64,000 bases of DNA from Candidatus Borrarchaeum weybense (GTDB lineage: Archaea > Asgardarchaeota > Sifarchaeia > Borrarchaeales > Borrarchaeaceae). The position numbers and the translations under genes were made by a program. The stretch spans positions 320,001 through 384,000 of the forward strand of contig JAHQJS010000006.1 in assembly GCA_019057385.1 (NCBI GenBank), read 5' to 3'. The notes under the pieces were generated by a model that did no database searches, was not told where the DNA came from, and saw only the letters and a list, made by a program, of their open reading frames with translations. Numbering within the stretch: the stretch's first letter is position 1; each line of letters begins with the position of its first letter. Below, in pieces: positions 30,845 through 39,891 of the stretch.

Positions 30845-31120
30845 TTATTCGAGATAACCAAGTCTTCTTAATCTATCTTTCACGCGTTCTTCATCTTCAT
30901 CGCTGAAAGGATGTTCTTCCTCTTCTTTTTCACCTTCAGCGACTATTTCTCTTAAAACATAGGTTACATAACTTGAAACAGATGTAAAACCCGTATCTTT
31001 GATTCTTTCTTCAACTTTGCGAAATAAAGGTGTTGGTATTGAAACTGTTGTAAATTTCTTTCTTTTTTTCTCCTCATCTGCTTTCTCAGCCATTTTTTCC
31101 AACTCTTTTTCTTTTTCCAC
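30845..31120 (-). CDS. CopG/ribbon-helix-helix regulator
   Basis: FTTVSIP..L...V......GFTSVSSYVTYVLRE; C-terminal RLRRLGYLE. Confidence 0.85.
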   Translation of the reverse strand: MEKEKELEKMAEKADEEKKRKKFTTVSIPTPLFRKVEERIKDTGFTSVSSYVTYVLREIVAEGEKEEEEHPFSDEDEERVKDRLRRLGYLE

Positions 31121-31123
31121 GCA

Positions 31124-31161
31124 CTAATTATAGTTAATTAGAACTAATTATAGTTAATTAG
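31124..31161. promoter_or_regulatory. Tandem palindromic operator (CTAATTA-TAGT-TAATTAG x2)
   Basis: Identical 18-mers at 31124-31141 and 31144-31161, between a minus-strand BRE/TATA (GAAAG-TTTTTTAAA, ~31166-31179) and the RHH start. Confidence 0.8.
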
Positions 31162-31384
31162 CCCGTTTAAAAAACTTTCTATATATCTGACTTCTAAGGA
31201 TTCAGGTCTCATCTGCTGTATACGAGTAGTTGATAGCACATCGTATCAAGAAGTCTTGTTATGTTTCCAAGCAAAAAGGTTTATAGTTGAAGTTATGGAA
31301 ATACTAGCTCAGTGTTGATTTGGATTTGAATTGAGCACAAATCATCAACAAGGGAAGTCATAACTTTTTACTGGAGGTGCGGTT

Positions 31385-32317
31385 TTGAAATATAAACGCA
31401 TTCTAATTACCGATCCTGTTCATGATGATGGAATAAAAAAGTTGAAAGCAGCAGGTTTTACAGTTGAAGAACGATATGGAGAATCACCATCGGTGATTAA
31501 GGAATTGATAAGGGATTATGATGTGCTTATTGTTAGAAGTGCTACAAAAGTAACACGAGAAATGTTGGCAGAATCTTCACTTCAAGTAATTTGCCGTGCT
31601 GGTGTCGGTTTAGATAATATCGACTTGGAAGCTGCAAAGGAATACAACATAACTGTATTTAATACTCCTAATGCTCCAAGTGTCTCAGTTGCAGAATTAG
31701 TCATTGGGCTAATTATTGCTCTATTTCGCCATATTTCGATTGGAGATAAAGGTTTAAAAGAAGGAAAATGGCTTAAGAAGGAATTGAAGGGATTAGAATT
31801 AAAGGGAAAAACACTTGGTATTGTGGGGTTTGGAAATATAGGAGTGGAAGTTGCAAAACGAGCGAAATCATTTGAAATGACTGTTATAGCTTATGATGTT
31901 CTTGATAGTGCGTTAGAAAATGCCAAACAAATGAATGTTGAACCTTTCGGTCCTTCTAAAGATGCGCTTGAGGCGATATTAAGGAATGCTGATGTAATAA
32001 CGCTTCATGTTCCTCTCTTGTCCTCCACATATCATATGATTGGTGAACGAGAGTTTTCATTAATGAAGGACGGCGTTTATCTAATCAATGCTTCCCGTGG
32101 AGGAGTTGTCGATGAAAAAGCACTCCTAGAGGCAATTAGATCAGAAAAAGTTGCAGGTGCTGCTTTAGATGTATTTGAGAAAGAACCTCCAGGCAAATCG
32201 GAACTAATAAACGAACTAAATATAATAGCCACGCCCCACATCGGTTCAACTACTAAAGAGACACAAAGAAATGCATCTGTTATCCTAGCAAAAAAAATCA
32301 TTGAGTTTTTTAACTAA
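31385..32317 (+). CDS. serA: D-3-phosphoglycerate dehydrogenase (no ACT domain) / D-2-hydroxyacid dehydrogenase
   Basis: VRSATKV, RAGVGLDNID, GFGNIG, NASRG, DVFEKEP and TPHIG motifs. Confidence 0.8.
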   Translation: MKYKRILITDPVHDDGIKKLKAAGFTVEERYGESPSVIKELIRDYDVLIVRSATKVTREMLAESSLQVICRAGVGLDNIDLEAAKEYNITVFNTPNAPSVSVAELVIGLIIALFRHISIGDKGLKEGKWLKKELKGLELKGKTLGIVGFGNIGVEVAKRAKSFEMTVIAYDVLDSALENAKQMNVEPFGPSKDALEAILRNADVITLHVPLLSSTYHMIGEREFSLMKDGVYLINASRGGVVDEKALLEAIRSEKVAGAALDVFEKEPPGKSELINELNIIATPHIGSTTKETQRNASVILAKKIIEFFN

Positions 32318-32476
32318 TCGGTGCGATTGCAGTTAATCTGCGGAGGAGTTCACTAGAAAAAATTTAATAGATTGATAGCGGGTTTTTCGTAGTAAGGTGA
32401 TCGTCATAAGAAGTGTGTTTTAAACTTCTTTTAATGCGATATGACAAAGAATGATTTAGACCGCTGAGGAGTCATT

Positions 32477-32920
32477 TTGAGCCATACTAGTAAACGACGT
32501 GCATATGATTTTATTTTTAAAATAGCAGTCGTTGGTCCTAATGACTTTCTGAAAGATCAAGTACTACACCTAGTCTCAGGGGGCAACGTAGGAATCGACG
32601 GTCTACGAATACATGTAGGTGACGCTGATCACACGGACCGAATTAAACTGAGTTATTGGTTGCCGCATCAAGATGCCTACAAAGTATTGGTGTCTCTGGC
32701 GCTTAAGGGTGCTCACGGCGCTCTAATTGTCTTAGGTGAAGACGATATTGAAACCTTGGCTAAATATCGTGCTGAAGTGAATAAGAAATGCGGTGAAATA
32801 CCAACCACACATCTTCTCATTGGAAAAAGTATGAAACCCGAAGAGATAAATAAGATGGCCGATATTAAAATGAATGAACTAGCCGTTAAAATAAGAGACA
32901 GAATCACAAAAGAAGTATAA
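32477..32920 (+). CDS. Degenerate Rab-like small-GTPase-fold protein, paralog 1
   Basis: YDFIFKIAVVG, IKLSYW and LKGAHGALIV echo Rab segments; GKS/T, DxxG and NKxD are absent. Confidence 0.65.
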   Translation: MSHTSKRRAYDFIFKIAVVGPNDFLKDQVLHLVSGGNVGIDGLRIHVGDADHTDRIKLSYWLPHQDAYKVLVSLALKGAHGALIVLGEDDIETLAKYRAEVNKKCGEIPTTHLLIGKSMKPEEINKMADIKMNELAVKIRDRITKEV

Positions 32921-33179
32921 GTCTATCACGCTTTTCAATTTGTACCGAATGAACTGAACTGTTTTTTCGTTGACCTAAGGTTTTCTTTTGATTCAATGTC
33001 GGCTATGATCTGACTATTCTCATTTTGAATCAATTACTGAGAAATAACTTTTTATTTGGACGAAATCCGCTCGATTTTTCTTCCTATACAATGTTTATTA
33101 ATGTCAAGTACTAATATATAGGTATATAAATCATCTTTAAGTAAGACCAATTCTTATTGCTATAGAATGGCGAACTATC

Positions 33180-33626
33180 TTGAGCGTGCAACTAAAGCAG
33201 CGTGATTATAGATTTATTTTCAAAATAGCAGTTACCGGACCCGATGATTACCTAAACGACAAAATTTTGCGTCTAATATCCTATGACAACATTATGGTCG
33301 ACGGAATAGGCGTACATGTTGGACGTGTTGCTTCTGAACAAGTTAAGGTCTCTTATTGGCATCCTCACAAGAGTGCCTTTCAGATACTAGTTCAAAAAAG
33401 TTATCAAGGAGCGAAAGGGGCTCTGATCGTTGCGTCAAAGTCTAAAGAAGATAAAGAAGCAGCGATGCGGTATCGCACGGAGATAAAGAAAAAATGCGGT
33501 AATATACCCACATCACTTCTTATTATTGACAGGAATAAGGCGTCAACAGCAATAAGTAATATGGCCCACCTTATGGTGCGTGAACTAGTCGCTAGGATCA
33601 GAAAGAGGACTTTATACAAAGTGTAA
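33180..33626 (+). CDS. Degenerate Rab-like small-GTPase-fold protein, paralog 2
   Basis: YRFIFKIAVTG, VKVSYW, SYQGAKGALIV and KKCGNIP; clear paralog of 32477..32920. Confidence 0.65.
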   Translation: MSVQLKQRDYRFIFKIAVTGPDDYLNDKILRLISYDNIMVDGIGVHVGRVASEQVKVSYWHPHKSAFQILVQKSYQGAKGALIVASKSKEDKEAAMRYRTEIKKKCGNIPTSLLIIDRNKASTAISNMAHLMVRELVARIRKRTLYKV

Positions 33627-33761
33627 GATTGACACGCTATTTACTTTAACTTTTTTAGAATGAAAAAAGTTAAAAACAATCCTTCTTTTCCACTATTTGT
33701 TTTCTCTCCCTGGATGTAGCGTTATATACGCTGAACGTGAAAGATTTGGGAGGTAGTTTTA

Positions 33762-34346
33762 ATGGGTTTATATTCTTATGTTGAGAAAATGTGGAAAGAC
33801 AAAGACTCGAAAGTTATGAAAAGACTTTCACGGCAAAGGCGCATAAAATGGAGGCGTCAACCCGCAACAGTTCGCATAGACCGACCAACACGTATTGATC
33901 GTGCGAGGAAATTAGGATATAAAGCAAAACAAGGTTTCGTTTTAGCTAGAGTTCGAGTTCGACGTGGGTCACGACAAAAACCTCGCCCAACACGTGGCAG
34001 GCGATCAAAGCGCATGGGTGTTACAAAAATTACATTAGGGAAGTCTAGACAGGTTATGGCCGAAGAAAACGCTGAAAGAAGATTTCCCAATTTACGTGTG
34101 CTTAATAGTTATTGGGTGGAAGCAGATGGTATGTATAAGTGGTTTGAAATAATTCTAGTTGATCCAAACCATCCAGTGATTCAGTCTGATCCTAGAATAA
34201 ATTGGATTTGTGATCCAACTCATAAAGGTAGGGCTGCACGAGGACTAACAAGTGCTGGGAAAAAGTCAAGAGGTCTACGTAAGAAAGGATTAGGCACAGA
34301 GAAAATACGTCCTAGTTTGGCAAGCCACAGGCATCGAGGAAAATAA
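33762..34346 (+). CDS. rpl15e: 50S ribosomal protein eL15
   Basis: [24 protein letters not shown] and RGLTSAGKK motifs. Confidence 0.98.
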   Translation: MGLYSYVEKMWKDKDSKVMKRLSRQRRIKWRRQPATVRIDRPTRIDRARKLGYKAKQGFVLARVRVRRGSRQKPRPTRGRRSKRMGVTKITLGKSRQVMAEENAERRFPNLRVLNSYWVEADGMYKWFEIILVDPNHPVIQSDPRINWICDPTHKGRAARGLTSAGKKSRGLRKKGLGTEKIRPSLASHRHRGK

Positions 34347-34503
34347 TCTTTTTTCTTACTATACTATAAGTCCTTTCCTTCTATTTTTCTTAGAAGGCTG
34401 TAATAGATGATCTCCACAATGTAATCTGATTACATCTATTTAGTACTTCATTAGTTTCCTCAATATCCACTAATCTTTTTTAACAAATCAAGCCGATAAT
34501 AAC

Positions 34504-34998
34504 TTGAGATTTCTAACCTTTGTGATGCCAATGAGTAAGAAAAATGATTTTACCTTCCAGATTTCTTCTGTTGAGTTTACAACGCACGTTCATGCAACAG
34601 AAGATTTAGATAAAGTTACGCAAGCACTCCTCTTTTTAATACCTGATAATATTCACGATAAACTCAAATTAAAAGTAGATAAAGTTAGAGGACATTGGAA
34701 AAACCCAATATCCCTTTTAAAGACAAAATTTACCGATACCGATGATGTCATGCAAATAATCAAGCATATAACAACTGGTTTAGATGATCAAGATAAATCT
34801 GTAGTTAGGGAAGGGCTGGAAAGAAGAATCGATAAATCACATTTATATCTTCGGTTTGATAAACAATCTGCCTTCAAGGGCTACTTCAAATTAAAGGATG
34901 AAGATGATGTAATACGAATTAAAATAACGTTTACTATTTATCCTTCACCAACACGTGAAAAAGTTAAATCAATTAGCGAAAGCTTGTTAATGGAATAA
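34504..34998 (+). CDS. DUF54-family RNA-binding protein
   Basis: HATEDLDKV, GHWKNPI and YLRFDKQ motifs; conserved rpl15e-rnp3 neighbourhood. Start may be the ATG at 34531. Confidence 0.85.
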   Translation: MRFLTFVMPMSKKNDFTFQISSVEFTTHVHATEDLDKVTQALLFLIPDNIHDKLKLKVDKVRGHWKNPISLLKTKFTDTDDVMQIIKHITTGLDDQDKSVVREGLERRIDKSHLYLRFDKQSAFKGYFKLKDEDDVIRIKITFTIYPSPTREKVKSISESLLME

Positions 34999-35025
34999 TT
35001 GACTGTCCTATTATGGTGACATGGG

Positions 35026-35739
35026 ATGAAGGGGAGTTACGATGTTCATGTTCATTCAACTCATTCTGGCGGTATATCTACTCTATCAGAAATGATTAAG
35101 ATGGCACATCGTTTGGGACACCAAAGCATTTGTCTATCAGATTTTGGTGCTATAGATCCCTCTCAGGTTGCATCTCTTCTCAAAGAATGTAAAGGTTTGA
35201 CTCCAACTGTATATTCACGAGCAGACATTTCTCCAAAAACACCACGTGAATTATCACACAAACTTAACTATATTAGAAGGAAGATAGATTTAATCGCCGT
35301 TGAGTGTTCTTCAGAAAATGTATGCAGATTCGCGTCGACTAATAGATTTATAGACATTTTAACTCTTGCTCCCACTGCAAAGGCGTCCGTATTCACAGAA
35401 TTGGTTGCTCGTAATTGTTCAAAAAATGGCATCGCATTAGAACTCACTTTGATCCCTTTTATAAGATATTATGGTAAGGTCCGGGCGAAACTCTTACGGA
35501 TGTGGAGAAAAATACTTGCTGTTGCACTTCGAAATAATGTTATGTTCGCAATTGGAACTGGAGCACTCAGTAAATATGAGTTAAGAGGTTCACGAGAAAT
35601 GCTACTATTAGCAAAACTTGTCGGTTTGCCTCATGACTTAGCAAAACAAAGCCTCATAGAGACTCCTTTCAAATTGATAGAACGACGTATCCTTGAGAGA
35701 CGTGGGAAGAGTCTTATGCAAGGGGTTAGAACCTTATAA
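35026..35739 (+). CDS. rnp3: RNase P protein component 3 (Rpp30); last codons apparently supplied by the inserted element
   Basis: PHP-like N-terminus, IDIL, GA.S.YELR motifs, C-terminal GVR; operon context. Confidence 0.85.
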   Translation: MKGSYDVHVHSTHSGGISTLSEMIKMAHRLGHQSICLSDFGAIDPSQVASLLKECKGLTPTVYSRADISPKTPRELSHKLNYIRRKIDLIAVECSSENVCRFASTNRFIDILTLAPTAKASVFTELVARNCSKNGIALELTLIPFIRYYGKVRAKLLRMWRKILAVALRNNVMFAIGTGALSKYELRGSREMLLLAKLVGLPHDLAKQSLIETPFKLIERRILERRGKSLMQGVRTL

Positions 35740-35743
35740 GTAT

Positions 35744-37270
35744 TTATAAAACTGCGGAATACTTGATATAATTCCACGTTTTATGATAATCATCAATCTT
35801 TCCGTGAGATGAAAGACCAGCCTTAAGGTTATCGGGCTGTGCGCTCGTCACCGAGTTCAAGACATGCTTCATTAATACTGTTTTTGTAAGTATTTCGGCA
35901 GTCTTGAAGGAAGTTATCCCGCTATGCTTAAAAAGGTCACGGATCATCGACCATCTACGGTAAGGACTGCTCTTTTTCACACGGGGCTCGATGAACTCCC
36001 CGACGTGTGAGAGCACCCAATCGTAGACGGCTGGAATTGCTTCCCTGAAACCCAAACCTCTTCGAGCTATTACATAACTTGCTAAGTGATGTACCGTCAA
36101 ATTATGTAATCCTGAATACTTATATTCCCCAATGAGCGAGGTATATCCGGGAAATACTTTTCTGAAGGACACACCGCGCTTTTGGCATTTTCTCTCTAAT
36201 AGTTGCAAGGCAGTAGTCTTCAAATTGCTTAATTTTCGGTTGCGTTTTGTATTATAGGAAAATTCTTGGTCGAAATGTAAATTCTCGACCACAATGCCCT
36301 TGCCTTTGTTGATGCAGTAATTGACGACTTTATCCATTTTATAGGAGATATAATCATTACGTTTATCTGTTCTATAACTATGCAGGTTGTCAAACGAGAT
36401 GCTATGATACGAGAGCAGAGTGCCGTGCTGGTCTACATTGGTTAACGCCACAAAATTATAGTTGAAATCTAAGCCGATGGCACCATGTTCGTAGCCGTAA
36501 CGTGGTGCGGGTTCGGGCAGTTCATAGGACACATGGACGAAGTAGCGCAGTTTCCTTTTGAAGAGCTTCCTTTTTACGGTTACCGTGTATTTATCAGCAT
36601 TAAGAATCTGCTGAAACCACACTTCCTGCACAAGGTTTACGGACATGGGAATGATCAGCCACGTGCGTCCTTTCTGCTTGGAAAAGGTTCGTATCGTGAC
36701 CGTTTTATCAGGCAATACCTTGATGTTCAGGTTTTTCAATCCTTTTTGTTTCTTTCCTACACAACTGAAGGAAGAATCCCGTCGTATCCTGAACTCTTCT
36801 CTAGTTATGTTGCCGCGTATTCTCTGCCTAAATAAGTTCTTAGTGCCGAATACTACAGATTCGAGATGTAAATTGGGTAGTTTCGTCATTATCGAGGATC
36901 TGCGGGCGTATAAGCCCTTCAACCGGCGATCATGTGTGTCTTGCTCCTTTATGGTGTTGATTTTTTTGATAATGACTGTTATCTGCTGTGTCATGTATTT
37001 CCGTCGTTTTTCCAGCCATGTTTTCTGTGCTTCCAGTTTCGCCTTGTTATCAATCAAGATGGTATTAACATATGGGTTATTGTGACACAGGCTCATCAAA
37101 CACTGTTGGATGGTTTTCCCCTCACCGAAGCGTGTTGCCATGTAGTCCTCGCCATGAAACAACAGGTTATAGCCGATGCGTTTCACCCGGTTATAGATGG
37201 TGAAGAGCTCATGGAGTTTGCGTTCTTGTGCCTCATCGGGATAAATCCTGAATTTGACGGTCTGAATCAT
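35744..37270 (-). CDS. tnpB: TnpB-related RuvC protein (IS200/IS605/IS607 accessory)
   Basis: N-terminal KFRIYP; RuvC-I GLDFN, RuvC-II VVENL, PGYTS, HHLASYVIARRGLG. Confidence 0.85.
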   Translation of the reverse strand: MIQTVKFRIYPDEAQERKLHELFTIYNRVKRIGYNLLFHGEDYMATRFGEGKTIQQCLMSLCHNNPYVNTILIDNKAKLEAQKTWLEKRRKYMTQQITVIIKKINTIKEQDTHDRRLKGLYARRSSIMTKLPNLHLESVVFGTKNLFRQRIRGNITREEFRIRRDSSFSCVGKKQKGLKNLNIKVLPDKTVTIRTFSKQKGRTWLIIPMSVNLVQEVWFQQILNADKYTVTVKRKLFKRKLRYFVHVSYELPEPAPRYGYEHGAIGLDFNYNFVALTNVDQHGTLLSYHSISFDNLHSYRTDKRNDYISYKMDKVVNYCINKGKGIVVENLHFDQEFSYNTKRNRKLSNLKTTALQLLERKCQKRGVSFRKVFPGYTSLIGEYKYSGLHNLTVHHLASYVIARRGLGFREAIPAVYDWVLSHVGEFIEPRVKKSSPYRRWSMIRDLFKHSGITSFKTAEILTKTVLMKHVLNSVTSAQPDNLKAGLSSHGKIDDYHKTWNYIKYSAVL

Positions 37271-37546
37271 GGTGATCGCCTTCTCCTTTATACCTTAGAT
37301 TACTGTTAGTTAATAAAGCCCACACTTTTAGGATTACATCGCACCGAATCGCACACTGAGATCACAACTTGTAATAATAGCTTGAAATTAATTAGTAATA
37401 AAATTACAGTAAAGAATTACTCAGCATAGTAATTTGAAAATAATCCGGTAGCAAATTTTAAAATTATCAAATTCATTTTTTGGAGTGTAGGATACAAGGA
37501 AAAAATGTAAATAATCCAAAAACCATGTTTATGTGGAGAGATATGG

Positions 37547-38443
37547 TTGGATATTTCATCGTTCGTTTCAACAATAGTTAATTGGGCAGTTGCATATTAT
37601 ATCGCAATTTTAGTGATAGCTAATATCCTTTTGGTAATCGCTACTTGGATCGCTATAATTCAGACCTACCGTTCTCGGCCTATAAAATTAGAAGTCAGAA
37701 AAAAGCATTCTGATGATTTAAAAGAAATTATACATGAATGGAAGTCTCAGATACCTTCACCCGAGAGGGCAATGAATGTGGTTGTCACTGAACCACTGGT
37801 TATTGAAATCTCTGCAGAAAAGGAATATCTTTTTTCCGATCTAAGAAATCATATGCCTAGTGAATTAAAATTATTTGATGTTTGGGATACATACAAGGAA
37901 GCGCTCCATCAATACAACAATCGGCGTTATACTCTTTTCCAAAATATAAAAAATGAAGCCTTAAATCGTACAGGATTACTTATCAGAGAAGGATCTGAAT
38001 CCGGAGTCCTCCGTATAGATTTTTGTAAACAAATTTACGCCAATGTATTTTATACCGCTGAAGGAAGAAAAAAAGACTATACAGACTCTGATTATAGATC
38101 TAACCCTATTAATAACAATGAAATCATGCTTGCATGTGATAATCAAAGCATAGCGCATATAAATAGCGAATTACTAGATGAAATAAAACGTGTTCATCAG
38201 AACTGGATGGATGAACTTAACCGCGAATCAGAATTTGTTAAAGAAGCAAGAAATTTAAGTTCTTTAAAGAATCAATTGGAAACTTCTAAAATGCAATTAG
38301 AGCGAGAATTAAAGGAATATAAACGGATTCCAATACTCCCTAAAGATTGTAAATATATTGGATGGGCTCTTTCTGGTGTTTTGGACTCGATAAAGGGAAA
38401 GATAAAACAGTTATTGAAAACAATTAGTGAACTGCTAAAGTAG
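37547..38443 (+). CDS. Hypothetical protein with an N-terminal membrane anchor (island cargo)
   Basis: Hydrophobic segment at residues ~12-40, then a soluble helical domain ending PILPKDCKY. Confidence 0.7.
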   Translation: MDISSFVSTIVNWAVAYYIAILVIANILLVIATWIAIIQTYRSRPIKLEVRKKHSDDLKEIIHEWKSQIPSPERAMNVVVTEPLVIEISAEKEYLFSDLRNHMPSELKLFDVWDTYKEALHQYNNRRYTLFQNIKNEALNRTGLLIREGSESGVLRIDFCKQIYANVFYTAEGRKKDYTDSDYRSNPINNNEIMLACDNQSIAHINSELLDEIKRVHQNWMDELNRESEFVKEARNLSSLKNQLETSKMQLERELKEYKRIPILPKDCKYIGWALSGVLDSIKGKIKQLLKTISELLK

Positions 38444-38529
38444 TTTTCAGCCAAAGTCAATTTCAAAATTTTCAAATTGATATAAATGAAAATTGAAAAG
38501 CATTTTCTAGTTGAAAAAAGTCATTCGAG

Positions 38530-39141
38530 TTGATTAAGTTGTCTGAGTTTGATCAAACACTCTTTCATTTCATAGAATATCCAAACGAAGAACGATATCT
38601 CGAATTTAAAGAGTCTATACCTTGGGATAGAAAAGAAAACTCTGTCAACATAATAAAAGCTATATTAGCCCTTTCGAATTTGAAAGATGGTGGTTGGATC
38701 GTCATAGGGAAGAAGGAACTGCCTGACGGATCATATATTTTAACTGGCATGAAGCTTAGTGACTTTGAGACGTATGATTCTGATCAGATGAAAGACTTTG
38801 TTAATAATAAATATGCAGATCCCTATGTGACCTTCTCTCTCCACAAAGTAGAATATAAAGGCAACAAATTTATGCTCATCAAAGTAGAAGAATTTGAAGA
38901 GGTGCCAGTTATTTGCAAGAGAGATTATCGCGATATTTTATACAAAGGTCGGATTTATTGTAGATCAAGGACGAAACCAGAAAGTATTGCTGTTCCGGGC
39001 CAAGTTGAAATGAGGGAAATTTTAGAAATAGCAACGGATAAGAGAGCCCTACGCTTTTTACAGCGGATTGAACGCTTCGGGATGAAACTAACACCAACAG
39101 ATGAAGAATTATTTAACAAACAATTGGAGGATCTGGAGTAA
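38530..39141 (+). CDS. Schlafen/AlbA_2-domain protein
   Basis: EERYLEFKES, LALSN..DGGWIVIG, PVIC and IYCR motifs. Confidence 0.85.
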   Translation: MIKLSEFDQTLFHFIEYPNEERYLEFKESIPWDRKENSVNIIKAILALSNLKDGGWIVIGKKELPDGSYILTGMKLSDFETYDSDQMKDFVNNKYADPYVTFSLHKVEYKGNKFMLIKVEEFEEVPVICKRDYRDILYKGRIYCRSRTKPESIAVPGQVEMREILEIATDKRALRFLQRIERFGMKLTPTDEELFNKQLEDLE

Positions 39142-39839
39142 TGCGAGAACTACCTAGCAGTGAGCAAGTCCTAGAAAAAATCAAATCCCGTGGATATTGG
39201 AAAGTAATCATACGACCACTTCAATTTAAAAAAACGCGTATAAACTCCCTGAAGGAGTGCATAAAACTTGTTGAAGAGAACAGCGTTCGTTTTAGAGGAT
39301 GGGATTATCCCATGTTCTCTAGAAAACACGTAAGGATTAAGGAAGACTATGTTGAATCTATAATTGATATGGACGATCATATAGAAGTGTGGCGGATGTA
39401 TCAAAGCGGCCAGTTTGCCCATCTAGTTGGAGTTTATGAAGATTGGTGGAAATATGAAGAAGTAAAACTTAAGTATGGGGGACCAGTACTAAGTACGCTC
39501 TCAACTCTTTATACCGTTACTGTGATCTATGAATTTGCATCACGTTTAGCTCGGAAAAATTTGTTCGAGAATCGTTTTAACCTGTCAATACAATTGAATG
39601 GAATGAAAAACCGTACATTACAAACCCTTGACTTTAGAAGAATCCTTTTTCGTACGTATACATGCGATCTCAAGGAGATTACTGATGCTAGAGAACTTTC
39701 TGCAGAGGAAATTATTACTAAACCTTATGATCTTGCATTGAATCATACAATCCAGATTTTTGCGCGGTTTAACTGGATGGACCCTCCTAAAGAAATCCTT
39801 AAACAGGACCAAAAGAAATTTCTCGAAGGTAGATTGTAG
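39141..39839 (+). CDS. AlbA_2 partner protein (RGWDYP domain)
   Basis: TAATG stop/start overlap with the AlbA_2 gene; RGYWKV..RP, RGWDYP and EVWRMYQSGQF segments. Confidence 0.7.
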   Translation: MRELPSSEQVLEKIKSRGYWKVIIRPLQFKKTRINSLKECIKLVEENSVRFRGWDYPMFSRKHVRIKEDYVESIIDMDDHIEVWRMYQSGQFAHLVGVYEDWWKYEEVKLKYGGPVLSTLSTLYTVTVIYEFASRLARKNLFENRFNLSIQLNGMKNRTLQTLDFRRILFRTYTCDLKEITDARELSAEEIITKPYDLALNHTIQIFARFNWMDPPKEILKQDQKKFLEGRL

Positions 39840-39891
39840 TCCGCAGCAATTACACCATGTTAGAATAATCGATGAAGAGAAGGAGTAAGCA

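Larger units (their letters stand above)
35725..39865 (-). mobile_element. 4.1-kb tnpB-bearing island with three cargo genes inserted in the 3' end of rnp3
   Basis: GTTAGAA direct repeat at 35725-35731 and 39859-39865. Removing the insert restores rnp3 ...QGVRIIDEEKE* 3 bp before rnp2. No transposase gene. Confidence 0.78.

Noticed and set aside
34402-34440. Inverted repeat ATGTAATC-T-GATTACAT after rpl15e
   Set aside because: A single short palindrome with no supporting context, so no function can be assigned.
39766-39865. Integron attC-like site (GTTTAAC...GTTAGAA)
   Set aside because: The intervening sequence lacks convincing attC pairing, mostly lies within a CDS, and no integrase is present.
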